From Phyllobates terribilis (Eukaryota): a stretch of 64,000 bases of DNA. The stretch is from the NCBI RefSeq assembly GCF_046119375.1, contig NW_027362761.1, forward strand, positions 980,902,001 through 980,966,000, read 5' to 3'. Under the pieces are notes generated by a model, which did not search any database, was not told the DNA's origin, and saw only the letters and a program-made list of their open reading frames with translations. A program made the position numbers and the translations under genes. Of this stretch, positions 49,502 to 62,200 are shown piece after piece (position 1 is the stretch's first letter; each line of letters starts with the position of its first letter).

Positions 49502-50075
49502 GGGGAGATGGGAGATGCACATGTGTGTGGGGGGGGGAGATGGGAGATGCACATGTGTGTGTGTGTGGGGGGGGGATGGGAGATGCACATGTGTGTGGGG
49601 GGGAGATGGGAGATGCACATGTGTGTGTGGGGGGAGATGGGAGATGCACATGTGTGTGTGGGGGGAGATGGGAGATGCACATGTGTGTGTGGGGGGAGAT
49701 GGGAGATGCACATGTGTGTGTGGGGGGAGATGGGAGATGCACATGTGTGTGTGGGGGGAGATGGGAGATGCACATGTGTGTGTGGGGGGAGATGGGAGAT
49801 GCACATGTGTGTGTGGGGGGAGATGGGAGATGCACATGTGTGGGGGGGGGATGGGAGATGCACATGTGGTGGGGGGGAGATGGGAGATGCACATGTGTGG
49901 GGGGGGATGAGAGAGGTGCACATGTGGTGGAGGGGGATGAGAGAGGGGCACATGTGGGGGAGGGGGACGAGAGGGGCACATGTGGGGGAGGGGGTGAGAG
50001 ATGTGCACATGGGGGGGATGAGAGCTGCACATGGGGGGGTTTGAGAGCTGCACATGGGGGAATTGGTAGTAGGGG
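49452..50075. repeat. G-rich ~31-bp minisatellite (GAGATGGGAGATGCACATGTGTGTGTGGGGG)
   Basis: Read directly from the sequence. Confidence 0.9.
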
Positions 50076-51304
50076 GATAATGAGCTGCACATAACGAATG
50101 TGGGGTGGGGGAGAGTAAATGATAAATGATGATGGGGTGGGGAGAGCACGGACATGATATAATGAATTGGGGCAGGGGGTGCATGTAAATATTGAATGCG
50201 GGGAGCAGGAAGTATAGAGTAGGGGGCGTTGCGGATGCAGGAGTGTGACTGGTAACAAATTGGCAGAAAGAGTAGAGGTTCTAATTAAACTATATATTAA
50301 GTGCCTATTTACAGTTAATGGGGGCACAGTGGTGGATTACAATTTATATTTGGAATGGTAGGTTGCATAATAACTAACCATATATTGATGGTGGATGCAC
50401 GTCTGTATTCAGCTGCGTAATGTAGAAGTTGGGGAATGTGCTCTAGATAACTGTGTTATTTTATGCAGAGACGAGTCCTGGCTGGAAGATGTGATGGCGG
50501 TCTGTGCTGGATGAAGGAGAAAAGCGAAGATGAAGGACTTCACCTAGAGACGTCACCGGTGAGTCAGTCTATTACATGTACACTGTGTATAATGTCACTG
50601 GTGATCACTGTATTACCTGTACACTGACACTATATACAGAGCTCCTGTGTATAATGTCACTGGTGATCACTGTATTACCTGTACACTGACACTATATACA
50701 GAGCTCCTGTGTATAATTTCACTGGTGATCACTAGATTACCTGGACACTTACGTTATACATACCATGTATAGAGCTCCCGTGTATAATGACACTTATGGT
50801 AATATTAGTAATGTGGTGGTAATATTAGTAATGTAGTGGTAATATGTGGTCTGGTCATGGTGTGGCAGTTTTTCTCCCTTCTGTGTGGTATTATTCGGTC
50901 ACTATGTTGTGGTAATATGTGGTCTGGTCATGGTGTGGCGGTATTCCCTGTATGTGGTATTATTGGTCATTTAAAAAAAAAATGTATATGACACATTCCC
51001 TTAAAGAAAACTAAATAAAAATATATCTAAAAAGAGTATTGGATATTTTAAGAAAATTTTAATAGGTTAGAGTAGGGCCCGCCCAGAAGAGTCTACCTTA
51101 TCGTGGTGGCGGCTTTAAAAATCTTTTGGCCAAAACAAAAGCTGATGGCTATGTATGTGGCGCCGTCACATGGCCGAACGTCAGGAGAACCTGGTGGCAG
51201 CGACGTGGACGAGCGCCAGGATTCTGCAGGGATTGCATGGGGGTAAGTATAACAAGTTTTATTTTTTTTAAATACAATTAATTAACTAGGAGTGGGGGGA
51301 ATCA

Positions 51305-51610
51305 GAGATGCACGGGGGGATGAGAGATGCACATGGGGGGGGTGAGAGATGCACATGGGGGGGTGAGAGATGCACATGGGGGGGTGAGAGATGCACATGG
51401 GGGGGTGAGAGATGCACATGGGGGGGTGAGAGATGCACATGGGGGGTGAGAGATGCACATGGGGGGATGAGAGATGCACATGGGGAGATGAGAGATGCAC
51501 ATGGGGGGATGAGAGATGCACATGGGGGGATGAGAGATGCACGGGGGGTGAGAGCTGCACATGGGTGGGATGAGAGCTGCACATGGGGGGGTGAGAGATG
51601 CACATGGGGG
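51305..51610. repeat. G-rich ~21-bp minisatellite (GAGAGATGCACATGGGGGGGT)
   Basis: Read directly; shares the GAGATGCACATG core with the 31-bp array. Confidence 0.9.
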
Positions 51611-53674
51611 GTTATGTTTGCATAACTTTGTTGCCTTATGAAGGGCAGGGGGGGCCCCCCAAAATTTCTTGCACAGGGGCCCACTACAGTCTGTGTCCGC
51701 CCCTGAGGCAACTGTTAGGTGGATTCATAACTGGCTTAGTGATCGGACTCAAAGGGTGGTTGTAAATGGCTTCACATCCAGCTGGATGAATGTCTGAAGT
51801 GGGGTACCACAGGGCTCCGTCCTGGGACCTGTATTGTTCAACATCTTTATCAATGATTTAGATGAAGGAATTGAGGGTAAGCTGATTAAATTTGCTGATG
51901 ACACAAAGCTAGGAGGGATAGCTAATACTAGAGAAGAGAGAGAGAGGATTCAAAAAGACCTAAATAAACTGGAGCAGTGGGCAGCAACCAACAGAATGGT
52001 TTTTAACAAAGAAAAATGCAAAGTACTACATCTGGGCAATAAAAATGAAAAAAGCATATACAGAATGGGAGGAATAGAGCTAAGCAACAGTACATGTGAA
52101 AAAGACTTAGGTATACTAATAGATCATAGACTGAACATGAGTCAACAGTGTGATGCAGCAGCAAAAAAGGCAAATACAATTCTGGGATGTATTAACAGAA
52201 GCATACAGTCTAGATCACGTGAAGTCATTATCGGTCTTTACTCCTCTTTGGTCAGACCTCATCTGGAATACTGTGTACAGTTTTGGGCACCACATTTTAA
52301 AAAAGACATAGACAAACTGGAGCAAGTTCAGAGAAGAGCGACCAGAATGGTGACTGGTGTGAAAACCATGTCCTATGAGGAACGGTTGCAGGATTTGGGA
52401 ATGTTTAGCTTGCAAAAAAGAAGACTGAGAGGAGACTTAATAGCTGTCTACAAATATGTCAAGGGCTGTCACATTGTAGAAGGATCATCTTTATTCTCAT
52501 TTCCACAAGGAAAGACTAGAAGCAATGGGATGAAACTAAATGGGAGGAGACACAGATTAGATATTAGAAAAAACTTTTTGATAGTTAGGGTGATTAATGA
52601 GTGGAACAGGCTGCCACGAGAGGTGGTGAGTTCCCCTTCAATGGACGTCTTCAAACAGAGGCTGGACAGACATCTGTCTGAGATGATCTAGTGAATCCTG
52701 CTTTGAGCAGGGGGTTGGACCAGATGACCCAGGAGGTCCCTTCCAACTCTACCATTCTATGATTCTAAATGAACTGTTAAGCTCTATGGGCTGGACATAT
52801 CTCCTCAGGAATCTGCCTCCAGACATTATTTTAAATGGCAGGACGCTTTACCAGTGTGAGACATAACACAGAACAGCAGAACTGAGCTTTGTCTTCTTAC
52901 AAACACATTTGCTGCAGCTCTACAGCTCTGCTATATTGCAACACTGTCTGCCTGTGAGATGGAAGCTGAAGCCCTGAGTGGACACCTGCAGATGTGTTTA
53001 TTGTGTAGATAGCTATATAACAGACATAATGGCGCTATGATAATAAATAATAATAATAATAATCACACACAGCTCTGCTGTGAGATCAGAAGAGCAGCCT
53101 GTCAGCCATTACATGTCTCACACTGGTAACGCCTCTTTCATTTAAAATAAGCTCTGGAGACAGATTCTCAGGGAGATCAGTGTCCGGCCCTTAGTTCTGT
53201 ACAGCTCATTTACACATAAGAAAAATGTGTCTTTCTCTGGAATAAGACATCAGATCACTGATATCAAGGTATAATCTTATTCAGCTTCCTATGACCTACA
53301 TGCCCATATAGACTTAGGAAGGTTGATCCTACCGACCGATTCCCTTTAGCAGCCCAGATGTAGCACATTAGATGCCCACTGTTGGCTGCAGCGGTCACTT
53401 GCCGACCGCTTGTAAACAAAGACCTAGAGGAAAGCCAAGATATCAGCACGCGATTTGTGGAATGTAGAAGAGGTTTCTATCGTTTCTTTTTTTACTCTAA
53501 CATTTGCAGCTGTTTTAGAAGAAAAATAAAAAGTTTAAAAACTAATTTAACATTTTTGTAAGATTTTCTAAGTTAAGGGGAAATCAGAGTAAATTTTATT
53601 AAAACCTGGTACCCCAGTACTACAACACATACTTGTCCAGTACTGAAATTGTAATTGCGGCTATTAGTGTATAA

Positions 53675-56667
53675 CAGTGCCCAGTGAAATTTTCCGCTTT
53701 TTTTCAAGTTACACCTACAAACTCAAATGTATTTTATTGGGATTTTATGTGATATACCAACACTAAGTAACAAGGATTTGTGAAGTGAAAAGTAATTGAT
53801 ACATGGTTTTCTAATTATTTTAAAAATATATATCTGTAGACGTGCATTTGCATTCAGCCCTCCCTGAGTCAATACTTTGTAGGACCACCTTTCACTGTAA
53901 TTACTGCTGTAAGTCCTTTTGGGTATGTCTGTACCAGCATTTCACATCTGAATTGTTTGCATATTGATCTTTGCAAACTAGATGTAGCTCAGTGATGTTG
54001 GATGGAGAGCATCTGTGAACAGCAATTTTCAAGTTTTGTCACAGATCCTCAATGGAATTTAGGTCTGGACTGTGACTGGGCCATTCAAACACATGAATAT
54101 GCTTTGCTCTATACCACTTCATTGTAGGTCTGGCGGTAAGTGTTATGCACACGCCCGGGCTAAGCGGCGTGTGCGTGTGATTGGTAGTGATTCCACTGGA
54201 CCGTGCCGGAGAGTGAATGCCTGGAGGGGCGTGACTAGGTATTCACCCGATCCGACCAGGGTCGCACGACGGCATACGACGCCAGTGCACCAAGGAGGAA
54301 CCGAGCAGAGGGACCAGGTGCTACTCCAGGACAGACCCCGGACACGGCTGTTGACCCACACAGGGGAATACAGGAACAGGCTGGTAGGCTGGCACACAGA
54401 CTGGTGGGTATAGGCAGGCACGACTGGTATGCAGGCAGGCGGGTATGCAGGCAGGGGGGTAAAGGCAAGCACAGCTAGAGTGCAGACAGGGAGGCACTAG
54501 CAGGTAGGAACACAGGCGGGATAGGACCCAGTACACACCGGGACTCAGGAACAATACAGGCAGAGGGTTACAGGCAAGCACAGCTAGAGTGCAGACAAGG
54601 CTGAGCAGGGAGGACAGGGCTCTGTTCACACGGAACAGACAGGAAGGGAAAGACAGAGCCAGATACTCACACAGTACTTGCAGAGACAACAAGCAGGAGT
54701 TAGGTACGAGTTCAGACTCTGCAGAAAAAGGAAGGGAACGGACATAGAGGCAAAACAGGTAAAGGACAGGAGAGAGTTCAGACTGGAACTGAGTGTACGG
54801 AGGAGACCGACACTGCAGAGGGATACAGGAGCGGGTCTGGGAATACGGCCCCCAGAGAGGCGGAACGAACAGGCAAGGAGCGTGTTCAGACAGGACAGAC
54901 CAGACACAGGAGCGGGTCTAGGAAATCGGCCACTAGAAGGCGAGAGGAACAGGCTAGGAGCGTGTTCAGACAGGACAGACAAGAGAACACAGAAAGGAGT
55001 CAGTTCAGACACGGGAGCTGATATCGCAAAGCAGGAGACATACAGGACTCAGTTCAGACACGGGAGCTGATACCGCAAAGCAGGAGACATACAGGACTCA
55101 GTTCAGACACGGGAGCTGATACCGCAAAGCAGGAGACATACAGGACACAGTTCAGACACGGGAGCTGATACCGCAAAGCAGGAGACATACAGGACTCAGT
55201 TCAGACACGGGAACTGATACAAAAAGCAGGAGACAAGAGACGGGACCTGGCACCTTCAGAGTGCAAGCACACACTGAAGGAAACACTATGCTCAGGCAGG
55301 GATAGAAGGGAGCTGCTGAGCTATATACCAAGTGACAGACAGCAATAGGCTGAGGACGCACAAGGGGTGTGACCCACAGCAGGTACAAAAGGCAGGAAGT
55401 GATCGGGCGCCGCCCTTAAGCAGCAGAAACAGACACAAACAGACAGCAGGAAGGGAAGCCAGAGAGACATTCTGGACAGGAGATCAAGTGCGCCCTCTTG
55501 CACAGTGGGAGATGGACCACCATGCAAGGACGCCGCCAGGTATGTTACAGTAAGTTTAGGGTCAGTATCCTGCAGGATGGTGAACCTACGCCCCAGTCTC
55601 AAATCTTTTTCAGGCTGTAACAGGTTTTCTTCCAGGATTGCCCTGTATTTAGCTCCATCCATTTTACCATCAACTCTGACCTTTTTCCATGTCCCTCTTG
55701 AAGAAAAATATTCCCACAGCATGATGTTGCCACCACCATGTTTGATTGTGGGGATGATGTTTTCAGGGTGATGTGCAGTATTAGTTTTCCACCACACATA
55801 GCGTTTTGTATTTAACCCAAAAAATTCTACTGTGGTCTCATCTGACCAGAACAACTTCTTCCACATGCTAGCTGTATTTCCTACATGTTTTTTTTACAAA
55901 CTGTACATGGGACTTCTTATGGCTGTTTTTTAAAAATTGCTTTCTTTTTACCAAAGATCCATAAAGAACAGATTTTCGGCATTTAAAACTAATAGTTGTC
56001 CTGTGGACAGATTCTCCCACCTGAGCTGTGGATCTCTGCAGCTTCTCCACAGTGACCATGGGCCTCCTGGCTGCCTCTCTAACTAGTGCTCTCCTTGTTT
56101 AGCATGTCAGTTTAGGTGGACAAATATGTTTTGGTAGGTTTGCAGTTGTGCCACATTCCTTCCATTTTTGGACGATGATGATGAAACAGTGAGATGTTCA
56201 GAGCTTGGGCTATTTATTATAACCTAACCCTGCTTTACTCTTCTCCACAACTCAATCCCTAACCTGTCTGGTGTGTTCATTGGTGTTCATGATACTGTGT
56301 GATCTCTAATGTTCTCAAACAAACCTCTGAGGCTTTCACAGAACAGCTGTAGTTATAGTGAAAATAAATTACACAGGTGGACTCAATTTACTAATTATGT
56401 GACTTCTGGAGGCAATTGGTCACTCAGGATTTTATTTAGGAGTATCAGACTACAGGAGGCTGAATACAAATACGTCACGATTTTCACTTTTATATTTTTT
56501 AAAACATTTAGAAAGCCATGGATCATTTTCTTTACACTTCACAAATACTTGCTACTTTGTGTACTGTATATCACATAACATCTCCCAAAAATGCATTTAG
56601 GTTTGTGGGTGTAACGTGAAATAATGTGGAAAAGTTCACAGTGTATGAATAGTTTTTCAAGGTACTG
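53675..56667 (-). mobile_element. Old Passport-like Tc1, interrupted by a solo LTR
   Basis: CAGTGC...GTACTG|TA ends; MNTNEHTRQVRD, FWSDETTVEFFG, IPTIKHGGG. Confidence 0.8.
54141..55549 (-). mobile_element. Long solo LTR with an internal 49-bp tandem array
   Basis: TG...CA termini; perfect 5-bp TSD GTAAG (54136-40 and 55550-54); 49-bp units start at 55001, 55050, 55099, 55148 and 55197; TATA-like TATATAG on the minus strand near 55325. Confidence 0.85.
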
Positions 56668-57491
56668 TAAATGCTCTGACTTTCTATACAGATTTCCAAC
56701 CAGTTTGGCAGCATCCAGACAAGCCAGTACTAGGTGCCAGAACCTGCTTAGCTTGGGGGTAGCTTCCCCATCCCAAATAAACATTTTACATGACTGTCAA
56801 ACTGAGGGTGGTTTAGACAAGAGGAATGATGTGATTATGTTGCCAATGGCCACAGATACCTAGAGTCCACATTACACATGACTGCTTTGTGAATAAACTG
56901 TGTATTAAGATGCAAAAATGGAATGTATTTTGAACCAGAAGCTTCAGTAGCATAGCTACCAGGGTCTAGAGGGGGCGGTCGCCCTGGGCCCACTCACACA
57001 GTAAGGCCCACTCACATGATTGTTTCCACCCGGAGCGACCACCACTCTTAACTGTGTAGGTGTGTGCAGTATGCCAATACGGTTAAATTCTGCGGTACTG
57101 TAGATAGCTATGGTGTCCATGTCCTACCACACTCTATTCTGTTATTCTGTAATCCACATGTTGCTTTAGGTCTGCAGCCTACAGAAAGGTAGAAGCATGC
57201 ACAGGACATCAAAGTTTCAGCACAGATGGTCTGATGATGTCACCACGACACTTCGCCTGGACTGGGATACTGATGGTGTTCCAGGATATGGTGTTAGGTG
57301 AGTATATAGTGCTCATTTTGTTTACTTTATGACTCAGTAGGTGATTGTGGGGTCATCATACTGTATGAGTGGGACTACTGGGGGCCAATATACTGTGTTG
57401 GGACCTGTGAGGGTAAACTAATTTGTGTGAGGGAAACCGAACGAAATGAACCGGAGTATACGTTATTCATACAATGTGTAGGAACATACAA

Positions 57492-59019
57492 AAGTGGCGA
57501 CCAAAAGTTTAGCATTTTTTTTAAAGTGTGATTACTTCTGTCTCGTTGTGATGCCATTTTCCTGGTGTTGAATTGAAAGTGCATAAAGTTGTCATCATGC
57601 AAGACCTTAATTTTAACCAAAATGTTTTTTAATGGTCATTTATTAAAGAAAACTGACTGCCAAAAGTTTTGCCTATACTATTTATTGATCACAACATAGA
57701 GCGTAATTCATTCATTACAATGCCATAACATAGTATCTTGTAGCGTAACCTCTTGCTTTAATTACCAAACCACACCGACGGGGCATTGAAGCCACTAGGG
57801 TATTCAAGACATCTTGAGGGATCTTGCTCCATTCCATTTGCAAATCTGCAAACAATTCATCTTTATTGCTATGGGTACAGGCCCCAACTCGTCGCCCTTA
57901 CTTGTCCCCAAGTTGCTCTATTGGGTTTAAATCAGGTGATTGGCTTGGCTATTGCAACAGGCGAACATTTTTCTTTGCTAACCAATTTTTTACTAAATTG
58001 GATGTGTGCTTAGGATCATTGTCTTGCTGGAATTTCCATCCCCTGCCTACTTTGGTTTTACCATGTGGCAGCATTACATTCTCCAGTATATCCTTGAACA
58101 TGGTAGCATTCATATTTCCATCAATTATATGCAGAGAGCCAATGGCGGATGCAGAAAAGCAGCCCCAAACCTTGACATTGACACAACCATGTTTCACTGT
58201 AGGTGTTTGGTACCTTACATCATTACGTTTTCCGACTGGGCAGTATATATAGTGCTTGCCATCACTACCAAACAGATTGAACTTGGATTCATCCAACCAC
58301 AACACCTTAGACCAATCTGCCTCTTTCCATTGGCTGTGTTCTTTGGCAAACTCAAGTCAGACCTTCCGCTTCTTTGCAGAGATGAAAGTCTTCTTGACTG
58401 GAACTCGTGCATTTAACCCTACTGCTCTTAGCTGTCGCACCACAGTTTGACGACTCACTTTGACTCCATATTCTTCATTCATTTAGTGCAAAGTCTGTAC
58501 AGCACTTTTATGGACATCAGATAGAGACTTTTTCTTAACAATGTAATCAACTCTGGAGGAAGTTTTCCGTGGTCGTCCACTTCTAGGTTTGTCAGCTGTT
58601 TCATAATCTTCTTTTTCTTTCTTTAATATACATGACACTTGACTCTGAAAACAGTTGAATTCTATAGCTACCTCTTTTTGGCTTTAGCCTGACTGCACTC
58701 CTCTCAGAATAATAAGCTTCCTGACAACTGGTGATAAATTTGCCTTTGTCTTTGCCATGTTTTAACCTAAAAACACAAACATAAAAAAAAAAATTAGGCA
58801 AAATTCGACTACTCATGACAACATATGCAAAACATTTGGCCCAGCAAATGTTGAAAACTAACACATAAAGGGATAAAACAATGTCAAGCGCAATTTTCAT
58901 CCTTATAGCTGCCAACCATTTGCTTCCAATTTACTAAAATCACCAGGAAAATGGCATCACAACAACCAGACAGAAGAAATCACATTTTTAAAAAAAATGC
59001 AAACTTTTGGTCGCCACTA
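57492..59019 (-). mobile_element. Degenerate Tc1 transposon (separate family)
   Basis: AGTGGCGACCAAAAGTTT TIRs; MAKTKANLSP.., LWLDESKFNLFGSDG, FQQDNDPKHTS. Confidence 0.85.
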
Positions 59020-59246
59020 TATATAGACAATAGAATATTTTGAATCAATAGCATGATTTTATTTGAGACAACACGATAGAACAAAACTGGTTAAAAAAAC
59101 ACAAAATCACAAGACATGATTAAAAAAAAAAAACATATCATTTGGCCTGTTGAACTATATGAAAACAAAGCCTTTATGCTTTAAGATTTGACTTTTCCTA
59201 TACCTTTGAACCTTCACACTATAACGTCTCCTTATATACTCAGAAC

Positions 59247-62200
59247 TAGTGATGAGCAAACACTAAAATGCTCGGGTACTCGTTGCTTGGGTCGAGCAAA
59301 TTGGAATACTCGGGTGCTCGACCCAAGCAACGAGACCAATGTAAGTCTATGGGAAACGCGAGCATTTTTCAGGCGGCTCACCCCGGTGGTCTGCAGAGGG
59401 CCTAAAAATTGCCCAAATCAATGGGAACAGTGCTCAAATGACATGGGAACAGCATGGGGAAGACCGCTGGAAGCATTTCTGACTCCAAGGTCACTGCTGT
59501 CAACAACGTGGTCAGAGTATTACGCCACTTTTACGGACTCACAATAAAACATACAAAAACAAAATGGATTTTCCTGGGAAATATGTTAAGGAACATCCTT
59601 TCCAGGACAATGACTTGTATATAAGGCAAAATAAATAACCAAAAGCAAAAATACTCATCCACATATTGGGCTATGTTCACACGTAGCTTTTTTTATGTGT
59701 TTTTGCACTTTTGCATTGCTTTCAACCAAGACAAATGCATTCACTGGGAAATGTCATTTTAACATTTTACAACCTTATCTGGCCATGTAGTGTGTAACAC
59801 ATCATCAGACACATGCATACAGTGCTGAAAAGACATGGGAACAGCATGGGGAAGACCTCTGGAAGCATCTCTGACTCCCAGGTCACTGCCTAAAAGTGTG
59901 CCCATCATAAGTGATCCTTGGCGCATGCAAAGATGCCTCCCGCCATGCACCTGTCGTTGCAGACTTGCAACAATCACCGTCCACGTCCTTGTCCTAGTGT
60001 AGCGTTCAGTTGTCCCTACCCCATTCCTTGGAAAGCAAGCGCAAGTATGCAGCCAGCCACCCACCCACCGGCTGCAATATTATACTGCCAAATTTTTGAC
60101 AACTGCTTGCACTTGAAATGTGGCCTTTTAGACTCATGGAGGCGGAAGCTGTCCACAATCTTATGGCAAAGAGTGATGACACACACCGGAGAAGCAGCAG
60201 GAACGCAAGTTTACACTATCACACCACCAACAAGGCCTTTTCCAAGCCAGTATTTCCGTTTATCCATTAAGCTTTATCCCCTTTGGATGCAGTATATAGC
60301 GATGTTTTTGAAAAAGGCCTATCCAGGTCGAAACGTCATGTATCGCTACTAAGCACCTTTTTTCTACAGTGTGGTGTTGTATTATAATAAAATTATCACT
60401 CTTTGCAACCAAGAATTTGAGTGCGGCTATTATCTATAAGTGATTGCTTGGATCGTACCTCTTTTAGCCAGCACCTCTTCAGTACTGTGTGCTCATCTTT
60501 TTTTCATGCAATTTCACAATTTAATGGCGGCGGCGACCAGGTATCCATACTCGGTCCCCAGCCGCTACTACTATCCCGGTGTCGTCTCCGCCTTCCACAA
60601 GCATGGGTCCCACAACATTACCCGTGCCCTCCCCAGTGCACTTACTGGGAAGGACCGCCTAACCACAAACACGTGGATAGGTGAATGTGGCCAGGGATGG
60701 TACAGAGCCAGTCCACAGCTTTTTTTGCTGAGTTGTATTTCACCACAGCCATATTCTTTAGCTTGGTGAAAGGACTTGGGAAACCATATCTACTCTTTTG
60801 TCATTTCTCCCAGGAAGTCCTCTAAAGCTGCTTTCACTTGAAATGTGGCCTTTTAGGCTCGTGGAGGCGGAAGCTTTTCATAACCTCAGCCGGCGGCGGC
60901 CTGGTGTCCATACTCGGTCCCCAGTCTCCACTATTTCTCCCGGTATCGACTCCGCCTTCCACAAGCAGGGGTACCACAACATTACCCGTGCCCTCCCCAG
61001 TGCACTTTCTGGGAAGGACCGCCTAACCACAAACACGTGGACAGGTGAATGTGGCCAGGGACGGTACGGAGCCACTCCACAGCTTTTTTTGCTGAGAGTT
61101 GTATTTAGCTCGGTGAAAGGACTGGCATAGAGGGAAACCGTATCTACTCTGGGTGTCATTTCTCCCAGGAAGTCCTCTAATGCAGCTTGTTGCAGAAGCA
61201 ATGGCAGCCCGTCCAACATCAACTCGCACTTGTCGGTGGTGCTTTGACACACAAACACCTTTCTTTGCGCCTTTAATTTCATGACTACAGAGTTGGGTAA
61301 TGGCCTGATCTGCAATGCGGTTTGAGAAATAACATGCATAAGCACGTCCGATCCACATTAAAAAAGCAGCCATAGAGTGTCCGGGAACCTTCCCCCACAC
61401 TTTTCTAAGCCAGGGCTGCTTCTCGGCAGGGATGGACGGACCCCCCAGAGAACCGGAGACTCCTCCGGTGGGCCCTGGAGAGTTCTTAGTGCCGAGGTGA
61501 GGCCATGATGATGATAGAGACCACCATCTGCTTAGTTTTCTGTTACTTGGATTGCAAGCTCAAGTATGCAGCCAGCCAGCCACCCACTCAACCACAGGCC
61601 ACAATACTAAACTGCTAGATTTCTTGGCAGCTGCTTGCACTTGAAATGTGGCCTTTTAGGCTCGTGGAGGTGGAAGCTTTTCACAACCTCATGCCTCGTG
61701 TCCATACTTGGTCCCCAGCCGTCACTATTTTTCCCGGTGTTGTCTACAAGTGCGGGTCCCTGAACATTACTGCTGGTACTTTCTGTGGGAATTTGCTTGC
61801 CTCTTACCAGCCTGGAATATTTCCAGTAAACTATGGTACGACGCCATGGTATTAGCACTGCCCCCAGTACCAGTAGCGAAGCCATCCCCTATTTCCTTCT
61901 CAGGAATTTTATTTGGTAGACTGAGTGGCTGCCCAAATACATTAGTTTCTCACAAAGGAGCTGAAGATAGAATGGCAGTAGGTGCAAGTTTCTCCAGCCT
62001 GTTTAGATATTAGAGGGTGAACGGCAGCACATTGGATCAGTGGTTAGCACTGAAGCCTTGCAGCGCTGGGATCCTGGGTTCAAATCCCAGCAAGGACAAC
62101 ATCTGCAAGGACTTTGTATGTTCTCCCCGTGTTTGCGTGTGTTTCCTCCTCAGTAAAAGATTAGCCATAGAGTGTCCGAGAACCTTCCCACACACTTTTC

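Larger units (their letters stand above)
49045..51705. mobile_element. Non-autonomous hAT-type element carrying G-rich minisatellites
   Basis: 8-bp TSD AGGCAACT (49037-44 and 51706-13); right end reads CAGGGGCGGACAC on the minus strand; left TIR tip missing; GGGCCC-rich subtermini. Confidence 0.75.
48945..52767 (+). mobile_element. 5'-truncated CR1 LINE, split by a hAT-type insertion
   Basis: YLDFSKAFDKV..MDQAT (48945-49044) continues in frame as TVRWIHNWL..GVPQGSVLGP..KFADDTKLGG from 51706; ORF 51834-52691 is open; 3' tail ATTCTATGATTCTA at 52754-52767. Confidence 0.92.
48806..53345. mobile_element. TTAA/T2-type palindromic MITE, split by a CR1 insertion
   Basis: Left arm 48806-48944 plus 52768 onward mirrors right arm ~53110-53345 (for example gatctgatgtcttattccagagaaagacac / gtgtctttctctggaataagacatcagatc). 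Confidence 0.78.

Noticed and set aside
49269-50327. Long ORFs of 190-297 aa on both strands
   Set aside because: They arise from a stop-free minisatellite and give low-complexity peptides; the same applies to 34194-34753 and 51282-51711.
53037-53062. (TAA)n tract as a LINE tail
   Set aside because: It lies at the centre of the T2 MITE palindrome, about 270 bp from the actual CR1 tail.
62023-62095. tRNA gene
   Set aside because: It runs directly into a V-SINE domain and has no complete cloverleaf or terminator.
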